From positions 224,001-288,000 of the forward strand of contig CAVXRD010000002.1 in NCBI GenBank assembly GCA_963764165.1: a stretch of DNA of 64,000 nucleotides, written 5' to 3'. Positions 10,000-20,021 of the stretch are shown here, piece by piece (the stretch's first letter is position 1; every line of letters begins with the position of its first letter). This DNA comes from an uncultured Verrucomicrobiae bacterium (lineage in GTDB: Bacteria; Verrucomicrobiota; Verrucomicrobiia; Limisphaerales; Palsa-1400). The notes under the pieces are model-generated. The model did no database searches, was not told where the DNA came from, and saw only the letters and a program-made list of their open reading frames with translations. Both the position numbers and the translations under genes were made by a program.

Positions 10000-11421
10000 A
10001 CCGAAGCATTCTCATCGTCCTCTGCGATTTTCTGTTGCTGACGCTGCTGACGTTTTCGAGCCTGGACATGAACCAGGCGCCGAAAAACAACGCGGTCGAA
10101 ACCACGGAAACAGTCGCGAGCAACAAAATCAGCCAGGCTTCCGGGAAACAGGATCTCGGCGAGGCGATGCGCATGGCGCTGGACGAAGAGCGGCGCAATC
10201 GCGATCAGTTGACAGGCGAATTGAACCGCACACGGGCGGTGATTTCTGAGCAAGGGCAGCAAATCGAAAATGTTCGCGCGCAATTGCAAACGAAAGAGCA
10301 GCAGGCGGCCAAATTGGCGGAGGAACAGGCGGCGCTGCAGTCTCAGGTACACTGCCGCCCAAACCAATATTTCCGCGCTGAACGAACGCTTGCATGCGTC
10401 GACAGTCGACAACGTCATCACCAAGGAACAGCGCGCCGCCATGGAAGCCGAAGCCCGCAAGGTATCGGAAAAAGCGGCCGAGTTGGAAAAGCAACTGGCG
10501 GATTTAAGGAACAGCAATCAGACGATGCAGAGCGATCGGAGCGCCTTGCAAAATCAACTGCAAATGAGCGAGGCCTCAAACCGCTCCGCGCTGGCGCAAA
10601 TGACGCAGTTGCAAGAGGAAGTCGAAGCCCAGCGGCGCGAGAATTCCCGCTTGGCCGAGGGTGTCAAAGCGCTGGCCGTGAAATCCTCGGAATTGGCGCA
10701 TGAAATCCACGACAACCGCCCGCTCACGCCCAACATGATTTTTGACGAGATGCTGACCAATCGGGTTGCCGCCACTTTCAACGGAGTGCGCCCTGGAATT
10801 TTTGGAACGGATTCGGCCAAAGCGCGAACGGCGCAAATTATTCTTGTCACGGACGAAACCAATACGGTCGCTCTCTGCCACGTCACGGATACGCCCTTGA
10901 CGCTTTATAATCCGGGCACGCAATGGGAGCAGTTGACCGGCACCCTGGCGCACGGGCCGGCCACCATCCCGATTGGCTCGATCTCGTTCTGCATGCTCGA
11001 TCCTCGTGTCACGTTTATTCCATTGCAGGAGGCGCAGGCGAAGGCGCTGGGCTGCAAAGTGTATCACCTCGCCAAGAATCCGTATGTATTCCAGGACGCG
11101 GTGGTGGTCGCCACGCGCGGTGACTATTACGGGCAATGCAAATTCCAGATCGACGTCTCGACTCCGCAATACCTGAAGATGGATCACAATTCATTGAAGG
11201 GCTTGTTTGGAAAATTCAATCCGTCGGCGGGAGATTTGGTGCTAAGCAACACGGGCGAACTGCTTGGCGTCATGGCGAACAATAGTTACTGCGCCATGCT
11301 GCGGGATTTCAATGCCATCGCGAGTTTCCGTTTCGGCCCCGACAGCCGCAATCAGCAGACGGCAAAAACACTGGCGGGCCTTTCCGACGTGCTGCAGGCG
11401 ATGCCCTTTAAATTGCAGTAA
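9996..11421 (+). CDS. ExbD/TolR/MotB-like N-terminal TM + coiled coil + trypsin-like C-terminal domain; apparent +1 frameshift at ~10347 (about 474 aa if repaired)
   Basis: MNRSILIVLCDFLLLTLLTF TM with Asp; ORFs 9996-10703 and 10270-11421 join (ALQSQ|YTAAQTN) if one G of tctcaGGtac is removed; C-terminal FNPSAGDLVLSNTGELLGVM. Confidence 0.7.
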
Positions 11422-11427
11422 GCGCCG

Positions 11428-11505
11428 TCCCATCATTCCCGCAACTCCCATTATTCCCATTCTTCTCAGGGCGATGGGAATAATGGGAGCTATGGGAATG
11501 ATGCG
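11428..11505. repeat. Inverted array of 9-bp units (tcccatnat / atgggaatn)
   Basis: tcccatcattcccgcaactcccattattcccat followed by atgggaataatgggagctatgggaatgatg. Confidence 0.7.
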
Positions 11506-11537
11506 GCCCTGCTTCGCCGAGGGCCGCCTTATTTTTT
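11503..11537 (+). terminator. Putative intrinsic terminator
   Basis: gcggccct-loop-agggccgc followed by ttatttttt. Confidence 0.6.
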
Positions 11538-11641
11538 CCATTTAATTTGTCACCGGGACTCTTTTGCCGTAATGTTGGGCTTGGATTTTGCGGTTCGGTT
11601 TCACTTGCGGACTTTGTCGTTAGCCTATTGAATTGCTTAAC

Positions 11642-14383
11642 ATGGAAGCGGTAAAAACGAGAGATACTATTAAACCTTCACCCGCGCCGTCTGAAGACGA
11701 CGCTCCCGCACCGTCGGCGCACCCGGCGGCGGCTCCTCGTGACTGGCTCCAGTCGCTGGAGGACGTGGTCGAAGCGATTCTCAAAACGCAGGGCCGCGAA
11801 AAAGCGGCCGCGATGATGGCCCGCCTGACGGACCGCCTCCGTGCCGGCGGCATGGACGTGCCGGTGCCGGTGAGCACGCCTTATGTGAACACCATCCCGC
11901 CCGAGAATCAGCCAGAGTATCCGGGCAATCGCGAACTCGAGCGCCGCATCAAGAGCCTGGCCCGCTGGAACGCCATGGCCATGGTCGTCAACGCCAACCA
12001 CGGCGATGCTGGCGTGGGGGGACATATCTCGAGTTATGCTTCGATGGCCACGCTTTACGAGGTCGCCTACAACCATTTCTTTCGCGGCGCGGAAGGCCGC
12101 GGATTGGCGGACCTGATTTATTTCCAAGGCCACACGACGCCGGGAAATTACGCCCGCGCTTTTCTCGAATATCGCCTCGACGAGGGATTGCTGCACAACT
12201 TCCGCAATGAGTTGGCGGATGGCGGCGGCCTTTCATCCTATCCGCATCCGTATTTGATGCCGGATTTTTGGCAATTTCCGACCGTCTCGATGGGACTGGG
12301 CCCGATCATGTCAATTTACCAGGCGCGCTTCATGCGCTATCTCAGCGCGCGCGGATTCATCAAACGCGAGCTGGAACCCCGTGTATGGTCTTACGTCGGC
12401 GACGGCGAATCCGATGAGCCCGAGACGCTCGGCTCCATCGCGATGGCCGCGCGCGAGAAACTCGACAACCTCATTTGGACGGTCAATTGCAATTTGCAGC
12501 GCCTCGACGGTCCGGTTCGGGGCAACGGCAAAATCATCCAGGAATTGGAAGGCGTTTTCCGCGGCGCGGGCTGGAATGTCATCAAAGTCATTTGGGGCTC
12601 CGAGTGGGATGAGTTGCTGGCGGCGGATACGACCGGACTTCTTGTCAAACGCATGGGTGAAGCTGTGGATGGCGATTATCAGGAATACACCGTCCAGACT
12701 GGCAGCTATATTCGCAGTCATTTCTTCGGCAAATATCCCGAGTTGCGCCGGTTGGTCGATCACTTGACAGACAACCAGCTTACGCGCCTCGTGCGCGGCG
12801 GACACGACCCCCGAAAAGTCTTCGCTGCCTACAAAGCCGCCTTGGAGCACAAAGGCGCGCCGACGGTCATCCTCGCCAAGACGGTCAAGGGCTACGGCCT
12901 CGGCGAAGCGGGCGAAGGCCGCAACATCTCGCATCAGCAGAAGAAGATGAACGAGAAGGAACTCCGCGAATTCCGCGCGCGTTTCGATATTCCGATCAGC
13001 TCCGACGACGTGGTGGAGACGCCATTTTATCGGCCCGCCAAGGATTCGCCGGAAACAAAATATCTTTTGCAGCGCCGCAAGGAACTCGGCGGCTTTGTTC
13101 CGAAGCGCGTCGTCAACGCGCCGCCCCTTCAAACGCCGCGCATCGAGTCGATGCCGGATTTGATCAAGGGAACGGGCTCTGGCGGAGCTTCGACGACGAA
13201 GAGCTTCGTCCGCTTGCTTTCCACCGTTCTTCGTGACAAGGCGGTGGGAAAACATATCGTTCCGATTATCCCCGACGAAGCGCGAACCTTCGGCATCGAT
13301 CCCTTATTCCGCGAAGTTGGCATTTATTCCTCGAAGGGCCAGCTTTACGAGCCAGTCGACAAGAAAGGCATGAGCTATTATCGAGAAGCCGTGGACGGGC
13401 AGATTCTCGAAGAAGGCATCACGGAAGCGGGCTCGATGGCTTCATTTGTGGCGGCGGGAACGGCTTACTCGAATTACGCGGTAAACATGATCCCGATGTA
13501 TGTGTACTATTCGATGTTCGGCCCGCAGCGCGTCGGCGACCAAATCTGGCTGGCGGCGGACAGCAAGGCGAAAGGCTTTTTGCTGGGCGCGACTTCCGGG
13601 CGCACAACATTGAACGGCGAAGGCTTGCAGCATCAAGACGGCCACAGCCCGCTGGTGGCGGGGACGGTGCCGACGCTTTATGCCTACGACCCGGCGTTCG
13701 CTTACGAACTCGCTGTTGTTATTTGCGACGGCATGCGCCGCATGTTCGAAGAGGGCGAGGAGATTTTCTATTACATCTGCCTCTACAACGAAGATTATCC
13801 GATGCCGACGATGCCCGCGGGCGCCGAGGACGGAATCATCAAGGGCCTCTACAAGTTCAAGCACGGCGCGGAAGGTTTGAAGCACAAGGCGCAGATTTTC
13901 GGCAGCGGCAGCATTATGCAATCCGCGTTGAACGCGCAGGCCATTCTCGCCAAGAACTACGACGTTTCCGCCGATGTCTGGAGTGCGACCAGCTACAAAA
14001 ATCTTCGCAACGAAGCGCTGCTGGCGGAGCGTTGGAATCTTTTGCACCCGATGGATGAGCCGAAAAAGCCCTACGTCCAGCAATTGCTGGAAAATGAAAA
14101 AGGGCCGTTCATCGCCGTGTCCGATTACATGAAAATTGTGCCCGACCAGATTTCCAAATGGGTTCCGGGCGGATTGACCACTCTTGGCACCGACGGGTTT
14201 GGCCGCAGCGATACGCGCCGCCGTTTGCGCCGGTTCTTCGAAATCGACACGGAATGTGTGGTCGTCGCCACGCTTTATTCGCTCGCGCAACGCGGCGAAA
14301 TCGACCGAAAAGTCGTGGCCCAAGCCATAAAAGACTTGAACATCGATCCAGAAAAGGGCTTTCCTCAACTCGTTGCTTTTTAA
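11642..14383 (+). CDS. aceE: Pyruvate dehydrogenase E1 (homodimeric type)
   Basis: YVNTIP, GGHISSYAS, FPTVSMGLGP, GDGESDEPE, GRTTLNGEGLQHQDG, LGTDGFGRSD. Confidence 0.98.
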   Translation: MEAVKTRDTIKPSPAPSEDDAPAPSAHPAAAPRDWLQSLEDVVEAILKTQGREKAAAMMARLTDRLRAGGMDVPVPVSTPYVNTIPPENQPEYPGNRELERRIKSLARWNAMAMVVNANHGDAGVGGHISSYASMATLYEVAYNHFFRGAEGRGLADLIYFQGHTTPGNYARAFLEYRLDEGLLHNFRNELADGGGLSSYPHPYLMPDFWQFPTVSMGLGPIMSIYQARFMRYLSARGFIKRELEPRVWSYVGDGESDEPETLGSIAMAAREKLDNLIWTVNCNLQRLDGPVRGNGKIIQELEGVFRGAGWNVIKVIWGSEWDELLAADTTGLLVKRMGEAVDGDYQEYTVQTGSYIRSHFFGKYPELRRLVDHLTDNQLTRLVRGGHDPRKVFAAYKAALEHKGAPTVILAKTVKGYGLGEAGEGRNISHQQKKMNEKELREFRARFDIPISSDDVVETPFYRPAKDSPETKYLLQRRKELGGFVPKRVVNAPPLQTPRIESMPDLIKGTGSGGASTTKSFVRLLSTVLRDKAVGKHIVPIIPDEARTFGIDPLFREVGIYSSKGQLYEPVDKKGMSYYREAVDGQILEEGITEAGSMASFVAAGTAYSNYAVNMIPMYVYYSMFGPQRVGDQIWLAADSKAKGFLLGATSGRTTLNGEGLQHQDGHSPLVAGTVPTLYAYDPAFAYELAVVICDGMRRMFEEGEEIFYYICLYNEDYPMPTMPAGAEDGIIKGLYKFKHGAEGLKHKAQIFGSGSIMQSALNAQAILAKNYDVSADVWSATSYKNLRNEALLAERWNLLHPMDEPKKPYVQQLLENEKGPFIAVSDYMKIVPDQISKWVPGGLTTLGTDGFGRSDTRRRLRRFFEIDTECVVVATLYSLAQRGEIDRKVVAQAIKDLNIDPEKGFPQLVAF

Positions 14384-14392
14384 TTTTATTCT

Positions 14393-15706
14393 ATGGATTT
14401 GAAATTACCTCCGTTGGGTGAAGGGGTGGACTCTGGAAGTGTCGTCGGAATTCTCGTGCGGGAAGGCGATACCGTGGCCAAGGGACAGGGCATCATTGAA
14501 TTGGAAACCGGCAAAGCGGTTGCCCCCGTGCCTTCGCCCGCTGCGGGCAAGGTGACGAAAATTCTCGTCTCTGTCGGCGACAAGATTTCTGTCGGCCAAC
14601 CAATTCTCTCCATCGAAGGCGGGGCTGCTGCTCCGGCGAAAGGTGGAAGCGCGCCTGCGCCCGCTGCCAAAAGCGGTGCGCCGCGGCCGGCCCGGGCCAC
14701 CGCTCCTGCGCGCGCTGAAGCTGCCCCGGAACCAGAAGAATACGTGGAGGAAGAGCCAGGGGATGATTCTGCTGTTCCCGCCGCTTCGCCAACCATTCGG
14801 CGCATTGCGCGCGAATTGGGAATTGATTTGCGCCGCATACACGGCAGCGAAGATGGCGGCCGCATCGTCATGGACGATTTGCGCGCTTACGTCCAGCGTT
14901 TGCAACGCCGCGCCGCCGCGCCCGCTCCTGCGGCCGTCGTGGTGCAATCCGCGCCCGCGAAGCCGAAAGGCCCGCGCATTGATTTCACCAAGTGGGGTTC
15001 GGTCACGAAGAAGCCGATGACGGGATTGCGCAAGGCCATCGCCGAGCAAATGACCAACAGTTGGCAGAACACGCCGCGCGTCACGCAATTTGACGAGGCG
15101 GACATCACCGCGCTCAACGACTTGCGCAAAAAATACGCCGAAGGTTACGACAAGAAAGGCGCGCGCCTGACGTTGACTTCGTTCGCCCTTAAAATCGTGG
15201 CGACCGCGCTAAAGGCGCACCCGGTGTTCAACACCAGCCTCGACGAAGAAACGGACGATATTATTTACAAGGAATATTATCACATCAGCCTCGCGGTCGA
15301 TACCGACCAGGGCTTGATTGTGCCCGTGCTGCGCGATGTCGATAAGAAGAACTTGCTCGCGCTCTCCAAGGAGATGAACGAAATCGCCGCCAAGACGCGT
15401 GACCGCAAAATCACTTTGGAAGAGATGCAGGGCGGATGCTTCACCATTTCCAACCAGGGCGGCGTCGGCGGCGGACATTTCACGCCGGTCATCAATCGCC
15501 CGGAAACAGCCATCCTGGGAATCGGCCGTGGTTCGCTCAAGGCCGTCGTGCGCGACGGAAAAATCGAGCCGCGCCTGATGCTGCCCCTGGCTTTGGCCTA
15601 TGACCATCGGGTGATCGACGGCGGCGCTGCTGTCCGCTTCATGCTCGATCTGGTCAAGGGCTTCGAAACTTTCGACGAAAAACTGCTCGTTACAACGGAA
15701 AGCTGA
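14393..15706 (+). CDS. aceF: Dihydrolipoamide acetyltransferase E2 (single lipoyl domain)
   Basis: Lipoyl domain (ELETGKA), E3-binding ASPTIRRIARELGIDL, catalytic YDHRVIDG. Confidence 0.95.
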   Translation: MDLKLPPLGEGVDSGSVVGILVREGDTVAKGQGIIELETGKAVAPVPSPAAGKVTKILVSVGDKISVGQPILSIEGGAAAPAKGGSAPAPAAKSGAPRPARATAPARAEAAPEPEEYVEEEPGDDSAVPAASPTIRRIARELGIDLRRIHGSEDGGRIVMDDLRAYVQRLQRRAAAPAPAAVVVQSAPAKPKGPRIDFTKWGSVTKKPMTGLRKAIAEQMTNSWQNTPRVTQFDEADITALNDLRKKYAEGYDKKGARLTLTSFALKIVATALKAHPVFNTSLDEETDDIIYKEYYHISLAVDTDQGLIVPVLRDVDKKNLLALSKEMNEIAAKTRDRKITLEEMQGGCFTISNQGGVGGGHFTPVINRPETAILGIGRGSLKAVVRDGKIEPRLMLPLALAYDHRVIDGGAAVRFMLDLVKGFETFDEKLLVTTES

Positions 15707-15713
15707 TTTAATC

Positions 15714-17138
15714 GTGGACTCAATTCAAACTGAAGTGGTGGTGCTGGGCGCCGGGCCGGGCGGATATGCCGCGGCATTTTTCGCGGCGGACATGGGCATG
15801 AAGGTTATTCTCGTGGAGATGGATAAGCGGCTCGGTGGCGTATGCCTGAATCGCGGCTGCATTCCTTCCAAGGCATTGCTTTATGCGTCGAAGCTGATTG
15901 TTGAAACTCGGGAATCGGCTCATCGCGGCATTTCGTTTGGTCCCGCTCAAATCGAACTGGACAAACTTCGTGCCTGGAAAAATGGTATTATTGACAAACT
16001 TTCCGGCGGTGTCGGTTTTCTGGCCAAAAAGCGCGGCGTTCGGGTGATGACGGGCCGCGGGTATTTTGAAGGCTCGCAATTGCTGCGGGTCGAAACTTCG
16101 GAGGGCCAGCAATTCATCACTTACGAAAAGTGCATTATTGCCGTTGGTTCCAAGGCGGCGCTGCCGAAGGTATTTGATCTCGGAAATCCGCGCATCATGA
16201 CTTCGACCGAGGCTCTGGAAGTTGAAGAAATTCCTCAGGATTTGCTGGTGGTCGGAGGCGGCTACATCGGAATGGAATTGGGCAGCGTTTACGCCAACCT
16301 CGGCAGCAAAGTCGTCGTAGTCGAAGCGCTGGCTGGCATTCTGGCGGGCGCGGATCCCGATCTCGTCCGCCCTGTTTTGCAATACGCGCAGAAGAGTTTT
16401 CGCGAGCTTCGCTTCAACACGAAGGTCACGCAGATGTCCTCCAAGGGGAGCAAAATTCGCGTCGTCACGGAAGGCCCCGACAAGGTCGAGAAGGAAGAGC
16501 TTTACGACCGCGTGCTGGTTTCCGTCGGCCGCGTGCCGCGTTTTCACGACCTTGGTTTGGAAAACACCAAGATCGAACAGGACGAGCGCGGCTTCATCCG
16601 TGTCAACGAGAAAATGGAGACGAACGATCCGTCACTGCTGGCCATTGGCGACATTGCGGGCGGAGTTCTCCTCGCGCACAAAGCCTCAAAGGAAGCGCGC
16701 ATCGCCGTCGAAACGATTTTGGGTGAACATGCCACTTCGGCGGGCGTGATTATTCCCGCGGTGGTTTTCACTGATCCGGAATTGGCCTGGTGCGGTGTGA
16801 CGGAAGCTGAAGCGCGCGCGAAAGGGCTGGAATTTGAAGTGGCAAAATTCCCGTGGGGCGCCTCTGGACGAGCATTGACTTACGATCGAACGGATGGGCT
16901 GACCAAGCTGATTATTGACGTCGCAACGGAGCGCGTTATTGGGGTCGGAATGGTTGGGCATGGAGCCGGGGAATTGATTGCCGAGGGCGTGGTCGCCATC
17001 GAAATGGGCGCCACCGTTCGCGATCTGGCCGAGAGCGTTCATCCGCACCCGACTCTTTCCGAGACGATTATGGAAGCCGCGGAAGTCTATTACGGCGTCG
17101 CGACCCATACGTTCTCGCCCCGCAAGAAGGAAGAATAG
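15714..17138 (+). CDS. lpdA: Dihydrolipoamide dehydrogenase E3
   Basis: GAGPGG, GGVCLNRGCIPSK, GGGYIG, HPHPTLSE. Confidence 0.98.
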   Translation: MDSIQTEVVVLGAGPGGYAAAFFAADMGMKVILVEMDKRLGGVCLNRGCIPSKALLYASKLIVETRESAHRGISFGPAQIELDKLRAWKNGIIDKLSGGVGFLAKKRGVRVMTGRGYFEGSQLLRVETSEGQQFITYEKCIIAVGSKAALPKVFDLGNPRIMTSTEALEVEEIPQDLLVVGGGYIGMELGSVYANLGSKVVVVEALAGILAGADPDLVRPVLQYAQKSFRELRFNTKVTQMSSKGSKIRVVTEGPDKVEKEELYDRVLVSVGRVPRFHDLGLENTKIEQDERGFIRVNEKMETNDPSLLAIGDIAGGVLLAHKASKEARIAVETILGEHATSAGVIIPAVVFTDPELAWCGVTEAEARAKGLEFEVAKFPWGASGRALTYDRTDGLTKLIIDVATERVIGVGMVGHGAGELIAEGVVAIEMGATVRDLAESVHPHPTLSETIMEAAEVYYGVATHTFSPRKKEE

Positions 17139-17203
17139 CCGGAACCTCTGCGCGAGGCTCCGACACCCGACCGGCGGCGCGGCCAAATGGCGCAGTCCTG
17201 AAC

Positions 17204-18796
17204 ATGGATATTTCCAGTGAAATCCAGAAACGGCGCACCTTTGCCATCATCTCTCACCCCGACGCGGGAAAGACGACGCTGACCGAGAAGCTCCTGCTTT
17301 ATGGCGGCGCCGTGCAACTGGCCGGCTCTGTCACCGCGCGCAAGCACCAGCGCGCCACAACTTCAGACTGGATGGAATTGGAGCGCAAGCGCGGCATCTC
17401 GATCAGTTCCACCGTGCTGCAATTTGATTACGCGGGCTGCCGCATCAATCTTCTTGACACTCCCGGCCACAAGGATTTCTCCGAGGACACGTATCGCGTG
17501 CTCACGGCAGTCGATGCGGTGGTGATGGTGATTGACTCCGGCAAAGGCATCGAAAGCCAGACTCTGAAACTTTTCGAAGTGTGCCGCCGCCGCGGCGTGC
17601 CGATCTTCACGTTCATGAACAAATGCGATCGTCCGATGAAGGCCCCGCTTTCGCTGCTGGACGAGCTGGAGAAGGTGCTGGGCATTGGCGCATTCCCGGT
17701 CAATTGGCCCATCGGCACCGGCTTTGAATTTCAAGGCGTCTACGACCGTCCGAACCGTCAGGTCCATCTTTTCGAACGCACAACCGGCGGCCAATATCGC
17801 GCGCCCGAGTCCGTCGGCGGCTTTGATGATCCGCTCATTCGCAACCGGCTTCCAGAGGACACGTTTGCCAAAATTTCCGAGGAATTGGAAATGCTTGAGA
17901 TCGCTGGAGAAACGCTTTCGTCCGAAGCCGTGCTGGCTGGAAAAATCACTCCGGTATTTTTTGGAAGCGGCTCGAATAATTTCGGCGTGCAATTGTTGCT
18001 GGATTATTTCCTGGCCCAAGCGCCGCCTCCCAAAGCGCATATCCTCGCTGATAGAGAAATCGCCCCTGATAGCTCAGATTTTTCCGGATTCATTTTTAAA
18101 ATTCAGGCCAACATGGATCCGCGCCATCGCGACCGCATTGCTTTCGTGCGCGTCTGCTCTGGAAAATTCGAGCGCGACATGGCTGTGATGCACCCGAGGA
18201 CCGGCAAGAAGATTCGGCTTTCCAGCTCGCACAAATTATTCGGCAACGAACGCGAGACAATCGACGAAGCTTACCCCGGCGACATCATTGGATTGGTCGG
18301 GCACGCGGACTTCCGAATCGGCGACACGCTGACGACGGATCCGAGCATTGTATACGACGAAATTCCGCGGTTTACGCCGGAAGCGTTCGCCTGGCTGCAA
18401 AATCCCAACACGGCCAAATACAAACAATTTCGCACCGGCCTCGACCAATTGCTGCAAGAAGGCGTGATCCAGGCGCTGACCCTGCGCGAGGCCTCTGGCA
18501 AAGGATCGCTGCTGGCGGCAGTCGGGCCCCTTCAATTTGAAGTGGTGCAGTTTCGCCTCGAAAGCGAATACGGCGCAACCTCGCGCCTCGAGGCAGCCCC
18601 GTGGACGGTCGTGCGCTGGCTGCCGCCGGGAATCACCGAACCGGAACTCGATGCGCTCTCGCTGCCAACGGGCTCGCGCCTCGGTTACGACATGGGCAAG
18701 AATCCTGTCATCCTTTTCTCCAACGATTGGTCCGCCAGCTATTTCGCGCAAACCAACTCGAAGATACAACTGTCCTCTTTGCCTCTTGGCCGATAG
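17204..18796 (+). CDS. prfC: Peptide chain release factor 3
   Basis: RRTFAIISHPDAGKTTLTEK, SDWMELE, DTPGHKDFSEDTYR, FKIQANMDPRHRDR. Confidence 0.98.
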   Translation: MDISSEIQKRRTFAIISHPDAGKTTLTEKLLLYGGAVQLAGSVTARKHQRATTSDWMELERKRGISISSTVLQFDYAGCRINLLDTPGHKDFSEDTYRVLTAVDAVVMVIDSGKGIESQTLKLFEVCRRRGVPIFTFMNKCDRPMKAPLSLLDELEKVLGIGAFPVNWPIGTGFEFQGVYDRPNRQVHLFERTTGGQYRAPESVGGFDDPLIRNRLPEDTFAKISEELEMLEIAGETLSSEAVLAGKITPVFFGSGSNNFGVQLLLDYFLAQAPPPKAHILADREIAPDSSDFSGFIFKIQANMDPRHRDRIAFVRVCSGKFERDMAVMHPRTGKKIRLSSSHKLFGNERETIDEAYPGDIIGLVGHADFRIGDTLTTDPSIVYDEIPRFTPEAFAWLQNPNTAKYKQFRTGLDQLLQEGVIQALTLREASGKGSLLAAVGPLQFEVVQFRLESEYGATSRLEAAPWTVVRWLPPGITEPELDALSLPTGSRLGYDMGKNPVILFSNDWSASYFAQTNSKIQLSSLPLGR

Positions 18797-18921
18797 GCGG
18801 CGCTTCCCAGGCAGGGACGCCTCGCCGAGGCGTCCTGGGATTTTCAGGAGCCCGAACGCGTCAGAAAAGCGCCACGGCCTCGGATACCTCGGCGAGGCGT
18901 CCCTACCTGGGAGGCGCTGTC
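18796..18921. repeat. REP-type inverted pair (GGYAGGGACGCCTCGCCGAGGCGTCC family)
   Basis: ggcggcgcttcccaggcagggacgcctcgccgaggcgtcc (18796-18835) is inverted to ggatacctcggcgaggcgtccctacctgggaggcgctgtc (18882-18921); related copies near 48943-49180 and 61866. Confidence 0.8.
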
Positions 18922-19937
18922 GAAATTTGATTTGTTTCCGAGGCGGTCACATCGCTCATGGAGACATTGCGCGTAGCAAGCTGATTTGTCCCCTGCACCC
19001 CGAGGCTTCCTTGTTTGTTTCCGATAAACTCCCCGCCGGAAATAAGATTATTGGTGCAGGAAAGATCATTCACCTGAAATCCCCTTCCCCCGCTGTCAAC
19101 AACCCGAAGATTCTTGAAGATATTTCCAGCGCATTCCGAGTGCGGCCGCGTTCCCGCCTGCGCCATGAAAACGCCGTCGTGGTGGCTTTGAACGATCGTT
19201 ATGTTCCTGAACTCGTTATCATGCGAGTGACGCATGAAAATGCCGACGTCGTTGTTCGACATCACGGCAGTGTCAAACACATTGCCGCGGATATGCAAAT
19301 CCAAAGAAAGGCCCGCGCCAAGGTTGTCGTGCAAAACAAGCCGGCTGAAATGGCCCTCTCTCGTCTCGCAGCACGACAGCCCGTCGAACTGATTGTCATA
19401 AGCGGTTAGGCCGGAAACGCTCAATTGGCGGGCTTCGTCGGAAGTCACAAGTCCGCCGGAACGGCAGCTTTTGCAAATGACATTGTCAATCAATGTCTGC
19501 CGCGTGTTCATAACGACGATGCCGCTGTTATTGAGCGGGCTGCCGTTGGAAAGAGTGATCCATCCTTCCCTCTGCTGGTGGGCGCGATTTCCGTCAATGA
19601 CAAGGTCGCGCACCTGCTGCCGCACGGTGAGTTGCTTCACGCCGTAAATCGGCTGCCCCACAACGATCACGGGGCAATTGGCATTGTCCGCGAGAGCCAA
19701 AATTGTTTGCGCGCCCGCGCCGCGCAAAATCTGCCGGTCCTTGCGCAAAATAATGGGATAACGAATATCGTAAGTGCCCGCCTCAAGAACGACCTCGGCC
19801 GAAGCCTTGCCTTCATCCAAAGCGCGCTGAATGCCATTCCCGCCCGCGCCAGGCGGAACGCGCACAACACCCCCGTAACTCGAGATCGCAAGGCTTGCAA
19901 TCAGGCCAAGAAGAAAACGCCGATAACTCAAGGTCAT
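18903..19937 (-). CDS. Secreted right-handed parallel beta-helix repeat protein (pectate-lyase-like fold)
   Basis: Signal peptide MTLSYRRFLLGLIASLAISSYG; IQRALD..VVLEAGTY, ILRGAG, DLVIDGN, repeated N-G ladders. Confidence 0.82.
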   Translation of the reverse strand: MTLSYRRFLLGLIASLAISSYGGVVRVPPGAGGNGIQRALDEGKASAEVVLEAGTYDIRYPIILRKDRQILRGAGAQTILALADNANCPVIVVGQPIYGVKQLTVRQQVRDLVIDGNRAHQQREGWITLSNGSPLNNSGIVVMNTRQTLIDNVICKSCRSGGLVTSDEARQLSVSGLTAYDNQFDGLSCCETREGHFSRLVLHDNLGAGLSLDLHIRGNVFDTAVMSNNDVGIFMRHSHDNEFRNITIVQSHHDGVFMAQAGTRPHSECAGNIFKNLRVVDSGGRGFQVNDLSCTNNLISGGEFIGNKQGSLGVQGTNQLATRNVSMSDVTASETNQISTAPPR

Positions 19938-20021
19938 CGGCAGAGAATCTAAAGCCAACCGCGATGGCGGCAAGAGTGGTAGTTTTCCTACGAAGGCGAA
20001 GTTGCTTCGCGCCGACTGCGA

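Noticed and set aside
8329..11421. Zorya (ZorAB) anti-phage system
   Set aside because: No OmpA-like domain in B, no long cytoplasmic tail C-terminal in A, no zorC/D/E neighbours, and the locus lies among housekeeping genes
14500..14520. ETGKA instead of ETDKA in the lipoyl motif as a sign of inactivation
   Set aside because: The lipoyl Lys and the catalytic DHRxxDG are intact; probably a tolerated variant
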